A stretch of DNA of 62,245 nt, from positions 1 through 62,245 of the forward strand of contig JAFOMI010000047.1 of assembly GCA_017418945.1 (NCBI GenBank), written 5' to 3'. Numbering within the stretch: position 1 is the stretch's first letter; each line of letters begins with the position of its first letter. The position numbers and the translations under genes are program-made. Positions 21,701 to 31,459 of the stretch are shown one piece after another. Below the pieces are notes generated by a model. That model was not told the DNA's origin, did no database searches, and saw only the letters and a list, made by a program, of their open reading frames with translations. This stretch comes from Bacilli bacterium (GTDB lineage: Bacteria > Bacillota_I > Bacilli_A > RF39 > UBA660).

Positions 21701-21843
21701 ATTGGTCCATCATAGAATACAAAGTTTTTATCTTCACTTCTATTATTAATAGATTTTTCAAATATCTTTTTTTCTTTCCAATTCTTTTCTACCCTTTGAT
21801 TCATTTCATAAGGCGTTTCATTATTTAATTTTTCAAATATCAT
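18745..21843 (-). CDS. ileS: isoleucine--tRNA ligase type 2 (eukaryote-like IleRS2)
   Basis: 1032 aa. FYDGP, WTTTPWTL, GTGIVHIAP, EGIDQTRGWF, KMSKS, long IleRS2 C-terminus. The HIGH motif reads GLHH. Confidence 0.97.
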   Translation of the reverse strand: MIFEKLNNETPYEMNQRVEKNWKEKKIFEKSINNRSEDKNFVFYDGPIYANAKPGLHHMYAKEIKDAFCRYKTMKGYRVLRKIGLDTHGLPVEVNVEKKLGFNGKDDIEKFGIQNFINECRNTTDTCIGDVKKLTNMMGQFIDMENPYVTCSNDYIESEWWIINEMNKKGLIYEGNRVLPYCPRCGTELSNFEVAQGYKEVSVNTVVVPFKVEGKDEYFLAWTTTPWTLIANLALCVNPNENYIKVSSMGYKFILAEKLANNILGEDYEVLETYKGKDLVGTKYEQLMPFVKVEGKAFEVLCDDYVTMEDGTGIVHIAPAYGADDNRISKENGITFVNPVGLDGKYTEGPWKGRLVTDPELEIDIIRWLKENDKLFKKIKITHDYPHCWRCKQPLIYFAKPAWYLNNTKVKDQIIEANKNINWHPSFVGEKRFNNWLENMIDWGIGRNRYWGCPLPIWKCECGHFESVGSIKELKEKAIEEIKDEELDLHRPYVDNIHMKCPKCGKIMTREKDVLDVWFDSGSMPYAQYHYPFENKELFEKQFPADFIAEGIDQTRGWFYVLLVISTIISGKSSYKNVLVNDLMLDANGKKMSKSLGNIVEPFTTIEKYGADSVRFYLMNIGPVWSPIKFDHKALDEVVSKFYNTLKNTYNFFEMYANTDEIDPRKFDVSYDELEEIDKWLLSKYNNLVKNVTDAYEEFDLNKVVKYLITFLNDDLSNWYIRRNRRRFWASKLDNSKKAVYKTTYDVLIGFLKLVSPITPFITDDIYTKLTGEESIHLSDFPEFDASKVNEKIENRMDLVKDLISLGRNAREEAKIKVRQPINEVILDGKNEELISDLTPLIKEELNVKNVTFVSDLTKYMSLSLKPNFRVCGRMFGKNINEYSKALENLDETNISKLQKGEDITIKFMDEDLTINQDMIEIRVSSKEGYDAAFLNDNFIVIDTTLTDELINEGIARELVSKVQNIRKDSGLDISDRITLFYNGDIDSVISSYEEYIKDEVLALDIVKSDSLENEYDLNGKLVKIKVEKVVK

Positions 21844-22802
21844 TTTAATCCTCCTAACAATACATACATATAATAAATAATAAACATTAATAACATCATA
21901 ATTCCATTTTTCTTACCTATTTGTTTATCTTTTCTAGTTAAAATATATAATAATAACGCACTAAATACCATCATAAACATATCGATATAATTAAAAGTAC
22001 CAACATTAATAGTATTTATAACAGTAACAGGTAATCCTATTACAACACCTATATTAAAAATATTACTTCCAATAACATTTCCTATAGCAATATCATTTTC
22101 TCCTTTACGAGACGCTTCTACACTTGTTACTAATTCAGGAAGCGATGTTCCAAGAGCAACTATGGTTAATGATATAAGTTTATCAGAAACTCCTAAAAAT
22201 CTAGCTATTTTAGATGCACTTTCTACAACAAAATTACTACCCGCAACTATCCCAACTAAACCAAGAACTAATAATAAAATTGATGTTAATATATTAAATT
22301 TTGGTTTAACAACTTCATCTTTTTTCTTATTTTTCTTCATAGAATTAATTAAATAATATATAAATATCATAAAGAATAATAATATTATAATTCCATCATT
22401 TCTAGAAATAATATTTAAAGCACTCTTATCAAGTATATTATCAAAACATATAACTGTTAATAAAATACTAAATAATATAGTAAAAGGTATTTCTTTATGA
22501 ACAGTATCATCTTTTACATATATCTTTGAAAATAAACTTGATACTCCAAGTATTAACAAAATATTTAATATATTACTACCAACAACATTTCCAAGTACAA
22601 TTTCTGAACTACCTTTTAATATTGCCTGTGTACTTACAGCAAGTTCTGGTGCAGATGTACCAAATGCTACTATAGTTAACGCTATAATCATTTTAGGAAC
22701 TTTAAAATTCTCTGCAAGAGATGATGCACCATCAACAAATATATCTGCACCTTTAATTAAAAGAATAAATCCTAAAATTAATAAAATTATTGTTAAAAAC
22801 AT
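21840..22802 (-). CDS. Ca2+/Na+ antiporter (YrbG/CaCA family)
   Basis: Two alpha repeats (GTSAPE / GTSLPE) and GN.IGSNI.N. Confidence 0.93.
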   Translation of the reverse strand: MFLTIILLILGFILLIKGADIFVDGASSLAENFKVPKMIIALTIVAFGTSAPELAVSTQAILKGSSEIVLGNVVGSNILNILLILGVSSLFSKIYVKDDTVHKEIPFTILFSILLTVICFDNILDKSALNIISRNDGIIILLFFMIFIYYLINSMKKNKKKDEVVKPKFNILTSILLLVLGLVGIVAGSNFVVESASKIARFLGVSDKLISLTIVALGTSLPELVTSVEASRKGENDIAIGNVIGSNIFNIGVVIGLPVTVINTINVGTFNYIDMFMMVFSALLLYILTRKDKQIGKKNGIMMLLMFIIYYMYVLLGGLK

Positions 22803-22817
22803 TTTATCCTTCCTTTC

Positions 22818-23030
22818 AAAATAAAAAATACCTATGATGTAAGGACGAATAATCGCGGTACCACCTTACTTCATAGATATTTCTATGCTCTTAATAATTT
22901 AACGCATTTTTACGCCTTACTCTACTTTATTTAAGTAAGGATATCTAGAGTGATCTATTATTAATCTTATTATTAGTTTACACCAACCACTAACTCTCTT
23001 TAAATTTAATTAATAACCGTCTCTATCATT
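22818..23030 (-). promoter_or_regulatory. T-box riboswitch, Ile specifier (AUC)
   Basis: Stem I with AGAGA bulge and GGUUGGUGUAA loop. Specifier AUC at 22952-22954. T-box AAGG-UGGUACC-GCG..CGU-CCUU. Confidence 0.92.
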
Positions 23031-23511
23031 TATTTTCAATATCAATTATTTCAATATCATCAATTAATTTAATTTGTTCTTCCAAATTAATTTTCATTTT
23101 TTTCTTAAAACTAACAATATTTCTTCTAATCATTTCTGCTTGAAATTGAATTCGATTAGACTTTTCAAGCGCATCCCTAATAATGATATCAGCATTATTT
23201 TTAGCATCTTGCAAAATAAGATTTCTTTCTTGCTTTGCAACATTTCTCATGCGCTCACCAGTATTTCTAGCCATATTAATAGCTTCAGTTAATGTATCAT
23301 TTAATTCATCAAACTTTTTAGCTTTTGCAATTACTTCTTCAGTTGCTTTCATATTAGTAAGATCATTAACTTGTTTTTTTAAATTAATAATTTCTTCTTC
23401 TTTCTTTTTATTTGAACTAATAATTCTCTCAACTTGTTTAATTACATCATCTAAAAATGCATTAACTTCTTCTGGATTATAGCCATTAGGGGTATAGTTA
23501 AATTTTTTCAT
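23026..23511 (-). CDS. divIVA: DivIVA family coiled-coil protein
   Basis: N-terminal F...NGY.PEEV.AFLD motif and long coiled coil. Canonical sepF-divIVA-ileS context. Confidence 0.88.
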   Translation of the reverse strand: MKKFNYTPNGYNPEEVNAFLDDVIKQVERIISSNKKKEEEIINLKKQVNDLTNMKATEEVIAKAKKFDELNDTLTEAINMARNTGERMRNVAKQERNLILQDAKNNADIIIRDALEKSNRIQFQAEMIRRNIVSFKKKMKINLEEQIKLIDDIEIIDIENK

Positions 23512-23570
23512 ATAATCACCCTCAAACTATAGTGTTATATAATAACACCTTTATTCTTTTTTTTCAAGCA

Positions 23571-23972
23571 TTATAAATCAACATCGTCATTTTTTGTTTT
23601 AGTCTTTTTTTCTTCTTCGTCAGTCATCTTTCCTTGTACATTAATATTCTTTGGTGTACATAAGAAAATTCCTGAACCTAATTTTTGTAAATCTCCACCA
23701 ATCGCATATAAAGTTCCACTTAAGAAATCTACTATTCTTTTAGCTTGTTCAGCTGTAACTCTCTTTAAATTAACAACAACTGTGTTTCTCTTTTTTAAAT
23801 GATCAGCTATTTGTTGACTTTCAGAATATGCTCTTGGTTCTAAAAGAATCATTTTATTTCCTTCGCTATTATTATCTCTATAAGCTTCTTGTACATCTAA
23901 TGTATAGAATTCATCTTCTGATGTAGTTTCACCTAATTCTTCTTTACCTAAAATCTTATCAAAAACACCCAT
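23571..23972 (-). CDS. sepF: cell division protein SepF
   Basis: EPRAYSE.Q.IADHLK, RIVDFLSG and IFLCTP motifs. Confidence 0.95.
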   Translation of the reverse strand: MGVFDKILGKEELGETTSEDEFYTLDVQEAYRDNNSEGNKMILLEPRAYSESQQIADHLKKRNTVVVNLKRVTAEQAKRIVDFLSGTLYAIGGDLQKLGSGIFLCTPKNINVQGKMTDEEEKKTKTKNDDVDL

Positions 23973-24101
23973 TTTTTTATCTCTCCTTTATTTTTACTAA
24001 AATAATTTTATCACAAATAAATAAAATTGAAAATATTTTTTGAATAATTTATTGACTTAATATATATAAATTATATAATTACATTAAGATGAGGTGATTA
24101 T

Positions 24102-24716
24102 GTGGGAAAATTTGAAGATAAGGTTAAAGAATTAGAAAAAACTGAACCTTTTCATTTCAATGAAGAAAATTTTTCAAGAAAAAATAGTGTTCTTGACTTC
24201 TTTTATTATTATTATAATTTTATAATAAAATATACTAATAGTGATGAAAAGAAAGTTTTAGAGGCAGGAAGAACTTTAGTAAATAAAGATTCAGAAAAAT
24301 ATGGATTATTTGAGACATCTATTGGTCCAAAATGTATTGTTCCAAAACCAAATAATGTTGGTGATGACTTGAAATCAATCGAACTATTAACAAAATTTGC
24401 ATATTACATATCACACGAGAGGACTATTAAATACGATATTTCAAGTGATGTTATTCCAACATTTAATCAATACCATTATTTGTATGAAAATAATAGAGAT
24501 TTATTAGATATATACATATTATATAAAAAATATATTGCAATTAGAGTAGCTCATACAAAAGACATCAAAGAAAAAGAAGAAAATTTAAAGAAAATATATA
24601 GTTATCTAGTTCTTTTAAAAAGAAAAAAAGATTATGATATTAAATACCTAAATTATATTAATAGTAATTACAAAAATGTTCCTAAAACACTAAGATATAA
24701 TGGTTACTCAATTTAA
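24102..24716 (+). CDS. hypothetical protein (204 aa); on the + strand, contrary to the ORF track label
   Basis: The + strand reads GTG GGA AAA TTT GAA GAT (MGKFED) at 24102 to TAA at 24714-24716. GAGGTGA SD at 24091 and TTGACT-16-TATAAT at 24052-24079. Confidence 0.85.
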   Translation: MGKFEDKVKELEKTEPFHFNEENFSRKNSVLDFFYYYYNFIIKYTNSDEKKVLEAGRTLVNKDSEKYGLFETSIGPKCIVPKPNNVGDDLKSIELLTKFAYYISHERTIKYDISSDVIPTFNQYHYLYENNRDLLDIYILYKKYIAIRVAHTKDIKEKEENLKKIYSYLVLLKRKKDYDIKYLNYINSNYKNVPKTLRYNGYSI

Positions 24717-24744
24717 AAAGATATACATAAGTATATCTTTTTTT
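24716..24744. terminator. bidirectional intrinsic terminator
   Basis: AAAAGATATAC-ataa-GTATATCTTTTT between convergent genes. Confidence 0.8.
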
Positions 24745-24745
24745 A

Positions 24746-26125
24746 TTAGAATTTAATTCTATCTTCAATATAATCTTTTAATTCATTAACATTTAAAGTA
24801 ATTTGCTTCATAGTATCTCTATCTCTTAGGGTAACTGTATTATTATTTAAAGTTTCATCGTCAATAGTAATACAATATGGAGTACCAATAACATCTTCTC
24901 TTCTATATCTCTTACCAATATTTCCTGATTCATCATAAGTACACATAAAGTATTTAGATAATTCTCTATAAATCTCTTTAGCTTTATCACTATGATTCTT
25001 TTTCATTAATGGTAAAACAGCTACTTTATATGGTGCGATTGCTGGAATAAAATGCATAACTTCACGAGTTTGACCATCTTCTAATGTTTCTTCTTCATAG
25101 GCATCGCACAAAACAGCTAATGTTAATCTATCACATCCAACAGAAGGTTCTATAACATAAGGAATATATTTTTCATTAGTTTCAGGATCTAAATATTTTA
25201 ATTCTTTACCAGAATGATTTGAATGAACAGTTAAATCATAATCTGTTCTATCAGAAATTCCCCATAATTCTCCAAAGCCCATTGGATAATTATATTCAAT
25301 ATCAGTTGTTCCTTTACTATAGAAAACAAGTTCTTCTGGTTTATGTTTTCTTAATCTTAAATTTTCTTCCTTAATACCTAAATCTTTTAAATAATTCATA
25401 CAAAAATCTTCGTAATAATTAAACCATTTTAAATCTTCACCTGGTTTACAGAAGAATTCATATTCCATTTGTTCAAATTCTCTAGTTCTAAAAGTAAAGT
25501 TACCTGGAGTAATTTCATTTCTAAATGCCTTACCTATTTGACCAACACCAAAAGGTAATTTTGCTCTCATTGTTCTTTGTACATTTAAAAAATTTACAAA
25601 TATACCTTGTGCAGTTTCTCCTCTTAAATAAACTTTATTCTTAGTATCTTCAGTAACACCCATACTTGTTTCAAACAATAAATTAAATTGTCTAATTTTA
25701 GTAAAATCTTTTTTACCACATTTTGGACAAACAATATTATTTTCTTCAATATATTTCTCTAATTCTTCGTTAGACCATCCGTCACCAGTTTCTTTACCAT
25801 TAGAAAATTCTTCAATTAATTTATCTGCTCTATGACGAGATTTACATGATTTACAATCAATTAAAGGATCAGAAAATGATGAAACATGTCCTGATGCAAC
25901 CCAAACTTCCGGGTTCATTAAGATAGCCGCATCTAAACCATAACTATTTGTAGATTCTTGTATAAATCTCTTCCACCAAGTCTTTTTTACATTATTTTTT
26001 AATTCAACACCAAGAGAACCGTAATCCCAAGTATTTGCAAGACCATCATATATTTCACTACCTTGAAATATAAAACCATATTGCTTACATAAATTTACTA
26101 TTTTATCCATAGTTAATTTTTCCAT
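24746..26125 (-). CDS. glyQS: glycine--tRNA ligase, alpha2 (eukaryote/archaea-type)
   Basis: [43 protein letters not shown] and anticodon-binding domain. Confidence 0.96.
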   Translation of the reverse strand: MEKLTMDKIVNLCKQYGFIFQGSEIYDGLANTWDYGSLGVELKNNVKKTWWKRFIQESTNSYGLDAAILMNPEVWVASGHVSSFSDPLIDCKSCKSRHRADKLIEEFSNGKETGDGWSNEELEKYIEENNIVCPKCGKKDFTKIRQFNLLFETSMGVTEDTKNKVYLRGETAQGIFVNFLNVQRTMRAKLPFGVGQIGKAFRNEITPGNFTFRTREFEQMEYEFFCKPGEDLKWFNYYEDFCMNYLKDLGIKEENLRLRKHKPEELVFYSKGTTDIEYNYPMGFGELWGISDRTDYDLTVHSNHSGKELKYLDPETNEKYIPYVIEPSVGCDRLTLAVLCDAYEEETLEDGQTREVMHFIPAIAPYKVAVLPLMKKNHSDKAKEIYRELSKYFMCTYDESGNIGKRYRREDVIGTPYCITIDDETLNNNTVTLRDRDTMKQITLNVNELKDYIEDRIKF

Positions 26126-26142
26126 AATTATTCCTCCTTCAA

Positions 26143-26262
26143 ATAAAAAAAGATCCCTTTGATTATAGGGACGAGATTACCCGCGGTTCCACCCTACTTA
26201 TTCAAAAGAATCTACTCTTTTTTATATAGCTCCTAGGTTTCCAAGCCTAATCATCACTGCAT
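26143..26262 (-). promoter_or_regulatory. T-box riboswitch (Gly) with an apparently ultrashort Stem I
   Basis: UAGGG-UGGAACC-GCGGG..CUCGU-CCCUA antiterminator (bulge A fits U73 of tRNA-Gly). UCCCU..AGGGA-U7 terminator. No AG-bulge or distal loop upstream. Confidence 0.85.
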
Positions 26263-26268
26263 AAATAA

Positions 26269-26297
26269 ATTATATAATTTTTTTAATAATTAGTCAA
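26269..26297 (-). promoter_or_regulatory. sigmaA promoter of the glyQS leader
   Basis: TTGACT-17 nt-TATAAT on the minus strand. Confidence 0.75.
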
Positions 26298-26969
26298 TTA
26301 CTTAATTATTAAAGTTCTTCTAATAATTCTTATTAATTTTTTATGATGAAGTTTACTTTTTACTTCATATTTTGGTAATTGTAATAATAAGTTTTCATAC
26401 TTTAATAATTTCTTTGAATAATACTCGTAAAATAAATCATCTTTATTATCTAATAGTCTTGGGCCAAAATATATTTCATCATACGAATATGCTTCTTTCC
26501 CCTTTTTAAACTCGATAATTGTATATATTATATCGTCATCCTTAACAAGTTTTTCTCTTGTTATTTTATAACCTTGTTTAATAACAAATTTTCTTAATTT
26601 AACAACATCTGTATTAGATTGTACAACTATTTTATTAACATTTATCATTTTTTCAGTATTTGATAATATATCTTTAATAGTTCTAAAACCCATGCCAGAA
26701 ATTAATATAGTATCTATTTCATCTGTATTAACTATAGAAAGTCCATCACCAAGTCTTAAAGATATTTTATCTTGAACTTTATATTTTTCTATATTATTTC
26801 TTGCATTTTTTAATGCGCCTTCATGAATATCTGACGCAATTATTTTAATATTATCAAATTCATTGCATAAATAAATATCAAGTAAAGCATGGTCACAACC
26901 AATATCTATTATCTTATCATTATTATCAATGAATTCACTAATAGCTTTTAATCTTTTTGATAATCTCAT
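26298..26969 (-). CDS. trmK: tRNA (adenine22-N1)-methyltransferase
   Basis: LSKRL, DIGCDHALL, RLGDGL and GMG motifs. Follows sigA as in other Bacilli. Confidence 0.93.
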   Translation of the reverse strand: MRLSKRLKAISEFIDNNDKIIDIGCDHALLDIYLCNEFDNIKIIASDIHEGALKNARNNIEKYKVQDKISLRLGDGLSIVNTDEIDTILISGMGFRTIKDILSNTEKMINVNKIVVQSNTDVVKLRKFVIKQGYKITREKLVKDDDIIYTIIEFKKGKEAYSYDEIYFGPRLLDNKDDLFYEYYSKKLLKYENLLLQLPKYEVKSKLHHKKLIRIIRRTLIIK

Positions 26970-26970
26970 A

Positions 26971-28284
26971 TTAGTCCACCAAATAATCCTTTAACTTTTT
27001 ACTTCTTGATGGATGACGTAATTTTCTTAAAGCTTTTGCTTCTATTTGACGTATTCTTTCTCTTGTAACCCCAAATATAGTTCCTACTTCTTCAAGAGTT
27101 CTACAAGTACCATCAACTAAACCAAATCTTAATTTTAATACTTGTTCTTCTCTTTCTGTTAATGTAAGAAGCACTTCTGCAATTTCATCTTTTAATACTT
27201 CATTAATAGCATATTCTTCTGGGCTTAAAGTATTCTTATCTTGAACAAAGTCTCCTAAATGTGAATCTTCTTCTTCACCTATTGGTGTTTCAAGTGAAAG
27301 TGGATCTAAACTTATTTTAATAATTTCACGTACTTTTTCTTCTGGTATCTTTAATTTATCAGATAATTCTTTTTCAGTTGGTTCTCTATTTAATTCTAGA
27401 GTTAATTGTCTTTGTACTCTTTTTAATTTATTAATTGTTTCTACCATATGAACTGGTACTCTTATTGTTTTTGCTTGGTCTGCAATTGCACGAGTAATAG
27501 CTTGTCTAATCCACCATGTTGCATATGTACTAAATTTATAACCCTTTGATGAATCAAATTTATCTACTGCTTTCATTAATCCTATATTACCTTCTTGTAT
27601 TAAATCAAGGAAAGATAAGTTTCTACCTACATATCTTTTTGCAATACTAACAACAAGTCTTAAGTTTGATTCTGCAAGAATTCTTTTTGCTTCTTCATCG
27701 CCTTCTTCAATTCTTTTTGATAATTCTAATTCTTCATCTAAAGATAATAAAGAAATTTGACCTATTTCTTTTAAGTACATTCTAACTGGATCATTTATGC
27801 TTAAATTCTTTGGTAAACTAGCTTCATCAAATTCTAAATCATCTATTTCTTCTTCTCCATCTTCTGGATTTTCTTCAACAACTTCTATATTATTATCTCT
27901 TAAGAAATTATATAAATCATCAAGACTTTCTGCATCCATTTCAAGACCTTTTAACATATTAGCTAATTGTTCAAATGTAATAAAACCTTCTTTTTTACCA
28001 ATTTTTAATAATTCTTGTTTTCTTTCTTCCATTGTTTTAATTGGAGTAGAATCTTTAATTACAGATTTCTTTTCTTTTTTAGGCTCAGAAACTTCATTTA
28101 AATCTGCACTTACTATTTCAATTTCATTTTCTTTTAAAAATGAATATAATTCATCGATTTCATCAGATGTAATACTATCATCTTCAAAAATACTATTTAA
28201 TGCTTCCGCAGTTACATATCCTTTATCTTTACTTAATTTTAATAATTCTTTCTTTTTATTTTCAATACTACTTTTCTTTTCCAT
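26971..28284 (-). CDS. sigA: primary sigma factor SigA/RpoD with duplicated region 1.1
   Basis: [41 protein letters not shown] and [22 protein letters not shown]. Confidence 0.98.
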   Translation of the reverse strand: MEKKSSIENKKKELLKLSKDKGYVTAEALNSIFEDDSITSDEIDELYSFLKENEIEIVSADLNEVSEPKKEKKSVIKDSTPIKTMEERKQELLKIGKKEGFITFEQLANMLKGLEMDAESLDDLYNFLRDNNIEVVEENPEDGEEEIDDLEFDEASLPKNLSINDPVRMYLKEIGQISLLSLDEELELSKRIEEGDEEAKRILAESNLRLVVSIAKRYVGRNLSFLDLIQEGNIGLMKAVDKFDSSKGYKFSTYATWWIRQAITRAIADQAKTIRVPVHMVETINKLKRVQRQLTLELNREPTEKELSDKLKIPEEKVREIIKISLDPLSLETPIGEEEDSHLGDFVQDKNTLSPEEYAINEVLKDEIAEVLLTLTEREEQVLKLRFGLVDGTCRTLEEVGTIFGVTRERIRQIEAKALRKLRHPSRSKKLKDYLVD

Positions 28285-30026
28285 TACTTATTCTCCTTAA
28301 TTCTAATATCAAATATTTTCTTTGCTATTTCTTTTCTAACAACTTCATTTGATTCATTTTTTAATTTATCACTTAATTCTTTTATTTGTTTCTTTTTCTC
28401 ATATTCTTTAATTGTTTCTATATATTCATTTATTTCTTCTATAGAAAAATCATTTTTAATATTTAGTTCATCTATATCTATTATTCTCTTAACTAGTTCA
28501 TTATTATCCTCTAGATATGTCATGAAATCTTGCATATTAAAGCTTTTATACTTTTTATAAAATAAAACTATTTCACTAGCAAGTTTTCTATCTATATCAT
28601 CTGGTAAATAACTAAGATTATCATAATAATATGTGATTATATCATTATTATGTATCATATAATATAGAATATATTTAGATGCTTTTTCATATTTTGTTTC
28701 TCGTATTTTTGCTTTATATTCTTTTTTTACTGGTTCTTCTTTAATTTCTTCTTTTTTTACTATTTTTTCTTTAAGTAAATCTAAATCAACGCCAGTTAAT
28801 TTAGATATTTTTTTTAATTCTAGATTAAATACTATATCATCCTTAATACTTGCTACAGCATCAGCAATTTTAGAAATAAATTTTGATACATCATTTGGAT
28901 TATCAAAATTATAATCATTTTTATATTTAATCATCTTATAATCAAATAAAGATATAGGATGGTTTAAGTGATCCATCATTTTTTCTTTTCCCTTTTTTAA
29001 AATATAATCATCAGGATCTAAATCTTCTTCAAGTCTAACAATTTTTATGTCAAAATCATAATTACTACTTACTTCAATAAATGAATCAGTGGCTTTAGCA
29101 CCTGCTTTATCACCATCAAACATTAGAACTATATTTTTAGTTAATTTATTAATTAAACTGATTTGTTCATTTGTTATAGCAGTTCCCATACTAGCAACTA
29201 CATTATATACTCCAATAGTATAAAGTCTTATAACATCCATAAATCCTTCTACTATTATTAATTTATCTTCCTTTAATACATGCTCTCTTGCATTATGATA
29301 ATTATATAATAAAGAACCTTTTTTAAATATATCAGTTTCCATTGTATTAATGTATTTACTTTGGTCATTTCCTTCATATATTCTTCCAGAAAAACCTATT
29401 GTTTTACCATTAATATCCCAAAGTGGAAACATAATTCTATCTCTATATTTATCATATATATTATTGTTAGAAGCTACTGCAATCCCAGACCTTACTAATA
29501 AATTTTTAGAATAATTTTTATTTAATAATAAAGTAGATAACTTATTATCACCTAAAGATAAACCTATTTCAAAATGCTTAATAATATCATCATTAATACT
29601 TCTACTAGATAAATAATTCTTTGCTATTTTACCTAAGGAAGTATTTAAATTATTTTGATAATACTTATTACTAAGATTATATATTTCATATTGATCTGAA
29701 TACTTATTATCATTGCTTTTAACTGTTGTATCAATATTTATATTAATACCAACTTTATCCGCAACTTTTTTTACAGCCTCATAAAAAGATATCTTTTCAT
29801 ATTTTTGTACAAAATCAAAAACTCTACCGCTCTCACCACAAACAAAACATTTATAAATTTGCTTCTCTTCAGAAACAAACATACTTGGATTATGATCATC
29901 ATGAAAAGGACATTTAGCTGCATAGTTCTTTCCTTTTTTTACTAATTGAACATAATCACCAATTATATCTACAATATTTACTTTTCGTTGGAGTGCTAAT
30001 ATTTCTTCAAAAGAAGGTTTTGACAT
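28284..30026 (-). CDS. dnaG: DNA primase
   Basis: CPFH..CFVC Zn finger, R.RIMFP, KYIN, VEGFMD and FDGD.AG TOPRIM motifs. Confidence 0.97.
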   Translation of the reverse strand: MSKPSFEEILALQRKVNIVDIIGDYVQLVKKGKNYAAKCPFHDDHNPSMFVSEEKQIYKCFVCGESGRVFDFVQKYEKISFYEAVKKVADKVGININIDTTVKSNDNKYSDQYEIYNLSNKYYQNNLNTSLGKIAKNYLSSRSINDDIIKHFEIGLSLGDNKLSTLLLNKNYSKNLLVRSGIAVASNNNIYDKYRDRIMFPLWDINGKTIGFSGRIYEGNDQSKYINTMETDIFKKGSLLYNYHNAREHVLKEDKLIIVEGFMDVIRLYTIGVYNVVASMGTAITNEQISLINKLTKNIVLMFDGDKAGAKATDSFIEVSSNYDFDIKIVRLEEDLDPDDYILKKGKEKMMDHLNHPISLFDYKMIKYKNDYNFDNPNDVSKFISKIADAVASIKDDIVFNLELKKISKLTGVDLDLLKEKIVKKEEIKEEPVKKEYKAKIRETKYEKASKYILYYMIHNNDIITYYYDNLSYLPDDIDRKLASEIVLFYKKYKSFNMQDFMTYLEDNNELVKRIIDIDELNIKNDFSIEEINEYIETIKEYEKKKQIKELSDKLKNESNEVVRKEIAKKIFDIRIKENK

Positions 30027-30127
30027 AAAAAATCACTTCCAATAATTATATTCGCTACAAATTAATAAAATTCCCCTATTTTTTGTAAATTTTTGTATAT
30101 TTTATGTAAAAAAGTAAAAAAACAAGA

Positions 30128-31390
30128 TTAATCTTGTTTCTTTTTCTTATTATTTACTTCTTTTATAGTACCAGACAAATCTACTGTATCTGATAATGTT
30201 TCAACCATAACTGGTTCTTCTTTATTCTTTTTCTTTTTGAAAACTTTTTCTATTATATCTTTTTTACAAACAATATATCCTAGAACAATTCCTAAAGTAA
30301 ATGTAAATAACATAGATACAGTAAATATAATCCATTCTCTTGAACTAACTTCGTCTGGACATGTTTGAACTATTTCTTTTTTCTCATCTTCTCTAGTAAC
30401 AATAATTTGATAGTTTTCTACTTTTGTTTTATCTTCACTTGTTATAACAATTTTTATAGTATTTTTTCCTACATATAATTTTTTATAACCTTGAATTTCA
30501 ACTTTTGCTTTTGCATTTACTGGAGTTGCTGTTATATCTAAAGATTTAACTTTATATGGTACAGTTAAATAATATTTCTTTTCATTTTGATCAAATTCAA
30601 TTTTTTGATTTTTAATCTTCAAACCTTTTAATAACGCATTTGCTTTAAGTAATTCTTCTTCTGTTGGAGTTAATTTTAAAGTAACTTTAACTAAATAAGT
30701 TGTTTTACTTTGACCATCTTCTGATGTAACAACTACGTTAACATCATTATCCCCTTTTTGAAGAGATTTTGCATTTTCAGAAATACTTACATTAGCATTC
30801 TTATCTGTAGGAACAGCATTTATTTTAATACTTGTAATATCTTGAATGGTTGCTGAATAATTAGTTTGAGCTGATGAAAATGAAGGAGATAAAGTAGCAT
30901 TAGGTATTTCTAAACTACTTAAAGAAGAATCAGTACCAAATGACATAACTGTAACTTGTGAACTATTACAATTGTTTTTACAATCAATTTCTTCTCCATC
31001 ACCTAATTTGAATTTTCCTTTTAATACAAGAGGAGCTTGTCCTTGATTAGCACCACCTGAAACTTTAAATGAAATGGTAGCAACATCAAAATCACTTGTA
31101 AAGTTTGGGTTTCCTTGTCCTGTTAAATTAATAACATTTCCAGATATAGAATTACCTCCACTTATATATTCTAGTTTAGTAGAATCAAATTCTAGATTTA
31201 AATTATAACTAGATATAGAATTACTAGAATCTATTCCTGTACCTTTAATACTTACATTAAATTGTGTACCTGGTTTTAAATTATCTGCTGACTTAGATAC
31301 AGAAAACTTAATAGCAGCTTTTGCATTTATTGGTAAAGCAATTACCATCAATAAAAATAACGTTATCCCCTTTAAAAATCTTTTTTTCAT
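30128..31390 (-). CDS. secreted, C-terminally anchored surface protein (cohesin-like plus two cadherin-like beta-sandwich domains)
   Basis: Signal peptide ending AKA. LEFDSTKLEY cohesin-like motif. Two repeats of LSSL..LSP.F...Y / L..G.N.I.I.VTSED..T.TY. C-terminal TM and basic tail. Confidence 0.8.
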   Translation of the reverse strand: MKKRFLKGITLFLLMVIALPINAKAAIKFSVSKSADNLKPGTQFNVSIKGTGIDSSNSISSYNLNLEFDSTKLEYISGGNSISGNVINLTGQGNPNFTSDFDVATISFKVSGGANQGQAPLVLKGKFKLGDGEEIDCKNNCNSSQVTVMSFGTDSSLSSLEIPNATLSPSFSSAQTNYSATIQDITSIKINAVPTDKNANVSISENAKSLQKGDNDVNVVVTSEDGQSKTTYLVKVTLKLTPTEEELLKANALLKGLKIKNQKIEFDQNEKKYYLTVPYKVKSLDITATPVNAKAKVEIQGYKKLYVGKNTIKIVITSEDKTKVENYQIIVTREDEKKEIVQTCPDEVSSREWIIFTVSMLFTFTLGIVLGYIVCKKDIIEKVFKKKKNKEEPVMVETLSDTVDLSGTIKEVNNKKKKQD

Positions 31391-31459
31391 TTTAATCCCT
31401 TCCTATTCATAGCTTATTCTTTTATATATTATATCATATATTTATTTATTTTAAAATCA

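Noticed and set aside
16950-28300. + strand ORFs 16950..17264, 22162..22356, 23074..23292, 23183..23482 and 27797..28300
   Set aside because: Antisense to well-supported genes, with no independent signals.
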